The notes below the pieces were generated by a model, which had not been told where the DNA came from, ran no database searches, and saw only the letters and a program-made list of their open reading frames with translations. Of a DNA stretch of 64,000 bases, positions 58,701-64,000 are shown piece after piece. The first letter of the stretch is position 1; each line of letters begins with the position of its first letter. A program made the translations under genes and the position numbers. The DNA comes from Azolla caroliniana (Eukaryota > Plantae > Polypodiophyta). The DNA is taken from contig JBHGNT010000001.1 of the NCBI GenBank assembly GCA_043228905.1, forward strand, positions 19,096,001 through 19,160,000. The letters run 5' to 3'.

Positions 58701-61700
58701 ATAGGGGTACTATCTTCGGATTATCTTGCAAGTATTGATCCACCTCTTCGTCTACTAATCCATCCAACATATTGACACATTCGGCATATAGGGGTGTTAA
58801 TTCCTTCCCGGTACCCGTCCGTGGTTGTGTCGGTACCCGTACTTTTGCTTTTCCCTGCCGGAAGGTGATTATATTCTTTCTCCAGTTTTGTTTAATGTGC
58901 GTCGTTTTTTGCTATAGCCGCCCCAACAATAGCGGGTAAGCTCCTTGTACCTGTAATTGTAGCACTATTGCCGAGATGCGAAATGTGTGGCCGCCGATTG
59001 TTACTTCCAAATCTCGTATCAAGCCGGTCGGTCGCACTGAGCTTGTATCCACCATCTGTAGCTAGAACGGGCATGGTTCCCACTCTTGGATTCCCAAGGT
59101 TGTGCATGTTCGGAGGCTAATCACATTGACGCCGGATCCTCCATCTATTACTGTTCCGGGTAACTCCTTTCACTTCACGATGGTCGTGATCGCCGAACTA
59201 TTTGTGTCTACCACCGCCGGTCCCTCCTCCAGATTTGAGAAGAATGTTGGTGCCAGTGGTGTTTCTCCTGCCGTCATGCCTGTCTTGAGTCCTTCTGTGA
59301 ATCTAGGCACTAGTTGCAGGAGCCATCCTAATGGCAGCGTGATTTGGCACTCCTGCAATGCCTACCATGTCGCATTTTCGGTCTGACTGCCGCCGGCGAG
59401 CTCTTCGGTGTTCTCCTTTTGCTGCGCAAGTTCTGCTACGTTTCACTCATTTGCCTTTTTCACCCATTCCGTTGCCTGCTTCCGGATGGCCTCTTGTGTC
59501 TCCCATTCCGTCGTCTTGCCCTTCGACCTTCTGGTAACCTGTTGCAGGTCTGCGACTTCGGTGACTACCATGTTTAGTGCCGGTCTCTTGTCATAGGTCT
59601 TTGCCGAACATTGATTACTATAATGTCCTTCTTGTCGGCAATAATAGCAATATGCTTTCCGGGTATTGCTGGATTCGACATTGTTTCCTGTACCCGGTGG
59701 AGGACCTGTGGTAACCGCGGGGCTTTGGTCTGGTTGGTTGCTTGTGGCGCCTTTTTCCGGTTCACGTGGGTGGCTCCCTTTTTTGAAATGCCGTTTTTTA
59801 TTAAAGTTCCTTTTGTTGCGGTACCCTTGACGGGGTTGGTCGTCATATCTCCTGTAATCTTCCCGTCGTTGGTGATACCCGGGGGAGTGATCCCGGTTGT
59901 GATGCTCATACCGTCCATTGTAATCTTGGTACCTGTCATATCTCTTGTACCGGTCATAGTTGTCTCGCTGATCGTTGTACCGGACATCCTGTACCGGTCG
60001 ATATCGCTCATCTCGCCGCCAACGTTCGTCTTCTTCGTCTCGGCTGCTACGTGGCTCGATTTGCCGGACTAGTGGTGCTTGCCGATTCAATAAGTTATAT
60101 TTGCACCAGTCCATCGTGTGGTCCGTAGATTGGCAGAGTAAGCAGTGCGTCCGCATGGTGCACTCTAGTGACGAGTGTCTGGAATTCAAGCAGGTCGTGC
60201 ATTGGATTGCTTGCCGGAACTGGAGATCCTCATCGGTTGGTAACGCTCGTTGGAGGGCTCCCATTGTTAGCCAAGAGCTCGTTTTCTCCATTTCTCTAAC
60301 CCGGTCGATGACCTGGTCGACGGTGCTTGTGCGAAAGTCGATGACCGTGCATACCGTTCGTAGAGGTTCCCGGCATGCGGCTAAAAATATAGCCCGTGTT
60401 TCTTCCTCCGGAGGTGCGCGGGTAAGCTGATTGTGCATCCGTTGAAACCGGATGACAAACTGCGGAATGCTCTCCCCGAGGTCCTGCCGGATGGTATAAA
60501 ATAGGCCCACCATTTCTCTCTGGTTCACCTCCTTCTGAAAGAAGTGCAAGAATTTATCTTTCAGGTCCGCAAAGGCAGTGATGCTGCTGGTGTCCTGCGT
60601 CCGGTGCCATCTGCTGGCCGGTCCTTCTAGTGTCACGCCGAATTCGGCTATCTTAGATCGTTCCTCTTCGGCCGTGGTTAACCGTTGTCACACATGGTTC
60701 GCCTCCCATGTTTGTTGAAACGGGTGAACATGAGCCTCCGCGTCCGGGTCATCCCTATACTTGGAGTACTGGAACGACATGTCGTCGTCCGGTGTTGGTA
60801 CTCAGGCTGGCGGTGTCGGTGGTCTTTCCTGCTGTTCCGTCGGCGTCGGAGGTCTTTGCCGGTCTTCCTTTGGTGTTGCCGGCTCGACTTCCACTGTCAA
60901 AGGTCTTTCTTTGTCTTCTTCTGTCTCCGGAGGTTGCTCCAAGTCTAGTGCCCGGGGTTCCCGGTCTGACAACTCTGGTTCCGGTGTCAGTAATGTATCC
61001 GACTCCTCGTCCTCTGGTCCTCCTGGGGTGTCGTTACTGCTGCGATAGTTTGTGTGTGCATTGTAACCCTTTCCGAATCCGATTCCAGCGCTGAAAATGC
61101 TTCGGATTCGCCGTCTCTTCCGGCCAAGGCCTGGAGAAGGGATTCCGCTTCCCGGAGGCTGCTCAAGCTGCTTCCTTTGTCCGGGTAGGTGTTTTGTTGC
61201 AGACAGAGCGACTCCTCCGCCACTTTCTGGATCACTTTGGAAAATGATCGATCCGATCGGATTTCTTCCGTTGCTTGCTGGAAAGCCTCCCGCCGCCTTT
61301 GCCGTTCAGCAAGTCTTCCTACTCTCTCCGTAACCGAGTCGTTTGTTGGCCTAGTCATCCATTCCTGCCGTTGTTCACTGCGATTGTGCAGGAATCGTGG
61401 TCACCAAAAACTGTGTTAATCCTAGGGCCGGACAACGGCCTAACACAGGGTGTCCACTTAAGACACTTCACCAAAGGGTGTTACTGAAAGATAACTTACG
61501 ACACAACGCTTAATTAGACCTTAATTGGTTACTTAGCAATACATCATTAACACGTGTAAGATATACAATAAGCACAGAACGGTAATCAATACTGAAAGGT
61601 TAAGGCAATAAGTTCTATTAATTATCCGCTGTCAATTACATTGTAACCGGGCCTTGATATAGGTCTCCTGTGCGAAGAACAAAACGGTGCCAACCGGCAC

Positions 61701-61811
61701 CTATTTGGAATCGGTCCGAATCCGGATCGGCACACTGATTCCGGTCCGTCCGTCCATATTAATAAAATAATTACAACAGTTCCCGAATAAACTATTCCTT
61801 TCACACTCTGG
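55730..61811 (-). mobile_element. Gypsy family B element (gag-pol, PBS, 5' LTR 61414-~61811), 3'-truncated
   Basis: ORFs 55618-60636 give INT, RH, RT, PR and gag, clearly homologous to but diverged from A; PBS TGGTGACCACG; no extra ORF or 3' LTR present. Confidence 0.9.
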
Positions 61812-63099
61812 GTTGGTGGGTTCTTTTATCGTGCTACAAAATGTTGATGTGACTGCGACATACACACAAACTCGGCTAAGTCTCGAACCCATTTATTTTA
61901 TCTTTTTTTTTTCTTATTGACACCACAATGACTTCTAAACGAACTAAGGAACATAAGGATATACAAGACGAGGCTATAAGTAAAGAGGACTTTTTAGATA
62001 TGTTTAATCGTCTAACAAAAATAGAGATGGATATGAAAAAATGGGTGAAAGACGCCGAAACCCACAAGAAAAAAGATAGAGAGGAAAAAGACACCCTCAA
62101 GGCCGAAATAGAAAAACTTAAAGAGGAAAACACCAACCTCAAAAAACAACGTAATGACATTGAGGTATCTCGAGAGGACGGTGAAATATCCTCCATAGAG
62201 GATATAAATGACGAGATTTAAAAAGTTAAAGAGGAAGTTAAAAATAACATAGAGTTAGCAAAAATGGGTTGGGTAGATGTGGTTAAAAGAAACATTAAAA
62301 AAGAAATAAAAGATGAAAATATTGTTAATACCACCCTTGAAGAGGAGAAAATGTGTCAGGCTCAACCCCTAAATGTGCATGTCACTGGGCTCAAGGAAGG
62401 TGCATCCCCAGACGAGGATGCACAAACACTTGGGAAAATGTTAGGGTACACAATGGCCCTACCTATCACCAAAGCTTGGAGGGCCGAACGCAACACAACT
62501 AGGAAGAGAGCCAATTTAAAGACTTAGACTCTAGAATCACATTCTTCGAGGATTGGGTGGGGACCCTATCTATCTCGATGAAGACCTCACTAAGATGCAA
62601 ATTGAGCATCGCAAGAGTTGTATGCCACGAGTTATGCAAGCTCGTAAAGAAGGGCATCACATCTTTTATTGAGATGGGTGAGTGATCATAAATTATCGCA
62701 CTATTAATTGACGACATGTGACCCATGTGACAGAAAATACACTTAGGATGACCTTATGGAATTGTAACGGGGCACTCTGGACACACCCCGAATGCCTAGA
62801 GGAGATATTTAAGGTATCAAATATACTTTTCTTAGTAGAAACACACCAAAGCCCAAATAGAGGACTCCCACGAGTTGAAGGATTTCCTTGGGAGTCAGCT
62901 TTTAGACAAACCTCATGTCGATGCACTACCAAGGATCTAGAGGTGTCGCAATATTCTTTCGGAGAGAGTTGTACATAATAGGATAGAAATACTGAGAATA
63001 GACCCAAAAGCTCATTTTATGTGGGTGAAAGTCTCCACAAGCAAGGACAAGGCAGTATTCTTCACCATTTGTTACTTCCCCCCGAAAGGCTCTCATTAT
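61812..63099 (+). mobile_element. 5' part of a bicistronic LINE (coiled-coil ORF1 from ~61928; APE endonuclease from ~62748)
   Basis: ORF1 with heptads and WVDVVKR..LNVHVTGL; ORF2 WNCNG/LVETH/CYFPP. Confidence 0.8.
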
Positions 63100-64000
63100 T
63101 GTTAACTCTTCGGGCCGGACAATGGCCTAACATAGGGTGTCTACGTGAGACACTTCACCAAAGGGTGTTACGGCAATCGGATTAGACTTCAATGCTTAAT
63201 CTGACTTAGTTAAGTTACTTATTAGGATCGTCTTCATAACACGCGTAAGATATAACAATTAAGACAGAACGACAATTGACACAGAGATATAACAACGCTT
63301 AAGCTTTCATTAATTAACCGCTAACTATTACATTGTATCCGGGCCTTTAAATAGGTTTCCGGTCTGTATTACAAAACGGTGCCATCCGCACCTGTTCGGG
63401 ATCGGTCCGGATCCGGAATGGCATACCGATTCCGGTCCGTCCGTCCACACTCATAGCTTAATTACAACCACATTCCTACTACTTAATTAGCTCTCCGTTT
63501 CCTACTCTGGACTCCTTTGCCGGCTGGTAACACATGGCACGCCCGTGGGACAGTACCTTGTACGTCGAATCCACAACCAACCCTTCCTATTCTTCGTCCA
63601 AAATGTCCAGAATGCTCTGTTCGAGAGGCTCCAATGGTTCATCTGGAAGTGGTTGTTGTTGTTGTTGTTGTTGCTGCTCTGTTGTTGTCTGCTGCGGCGG
63701 GTCCGTTGGTGGTTGCTGCGGCTGCTCCTCCGTTTGTGGCTCTGACACCGGCGTCTCCGTCGTTGCTCCCTGCGTCGTGGTGGTCTCCGGTTGACTGGTT
63801 CCCGGCTGGCCCTCAGCCGACGATGGTTCCTCATCACTAAGGTTAACCGTTGTCGCTTCCTGTGCTTTTTCTTCCCCTACCCGGGACCGCTCGTAGCTTT
63901 TAAACTGGATTTGAGCGTCCAGCCTATCATCGTCCAGCTGAGCTACAAGCTGTCTGACCTGCGGCAACTGTTCATCTGCCAGGACTTGGAAGTCGTCGGC
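63100..64000 (-). mobile_element. Duplicate of the 3' end of element A (LTR 63100-63532, tRNA-like site 63535-63576, extra-ORF tail)
   Basis: Near-identical to 8918-9818, including the same LINE insertion junction (CATTAT|TGTTAAC). Confidence 0.93.

Overview
Eukaryotic, repeat-dense plant nuclear DNA; the transposon families suggest a non-seed land plant (bryophyte, lycophyte or fern; inference). About 80% is nested, degenerating retroelements: several non-chromovirus Ty3/gypsy families (labelled A-E here), a fungal-like gypsy element (G), a chromovirus remnant, a non-autonomous gypsy derivative (F), four Ty1/copia elements and a LINE fragment. One intact host gene is present: an 8-exon MBOAT lysophospholipid acyltransferase (LPLAT/LPCAT, 47020-52739, 463 aa). 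Positions ~6770-9820 recur at ~60260-64000, indicating a ~54 kb direct duplication. The most unusual signal is that three different gypsy LTR families lack a polypurine tract at the 3' LTR. They carry instead a conserved copy of the 3' end of tRNA-Arg, with CCA 2 nt from the LTR and a covarying internal hairpin. This is a second, antisense primer-binding-like site and suggests tRNA-primed or RNA-structure-primed plus-strand synthesis. Candidate recoding signals are also visible: a -1 frameshift site in G and a conserved gag-pol UAG in A and B. tRNA identities are from recalled plant tRNA sequences and need database confirmation.
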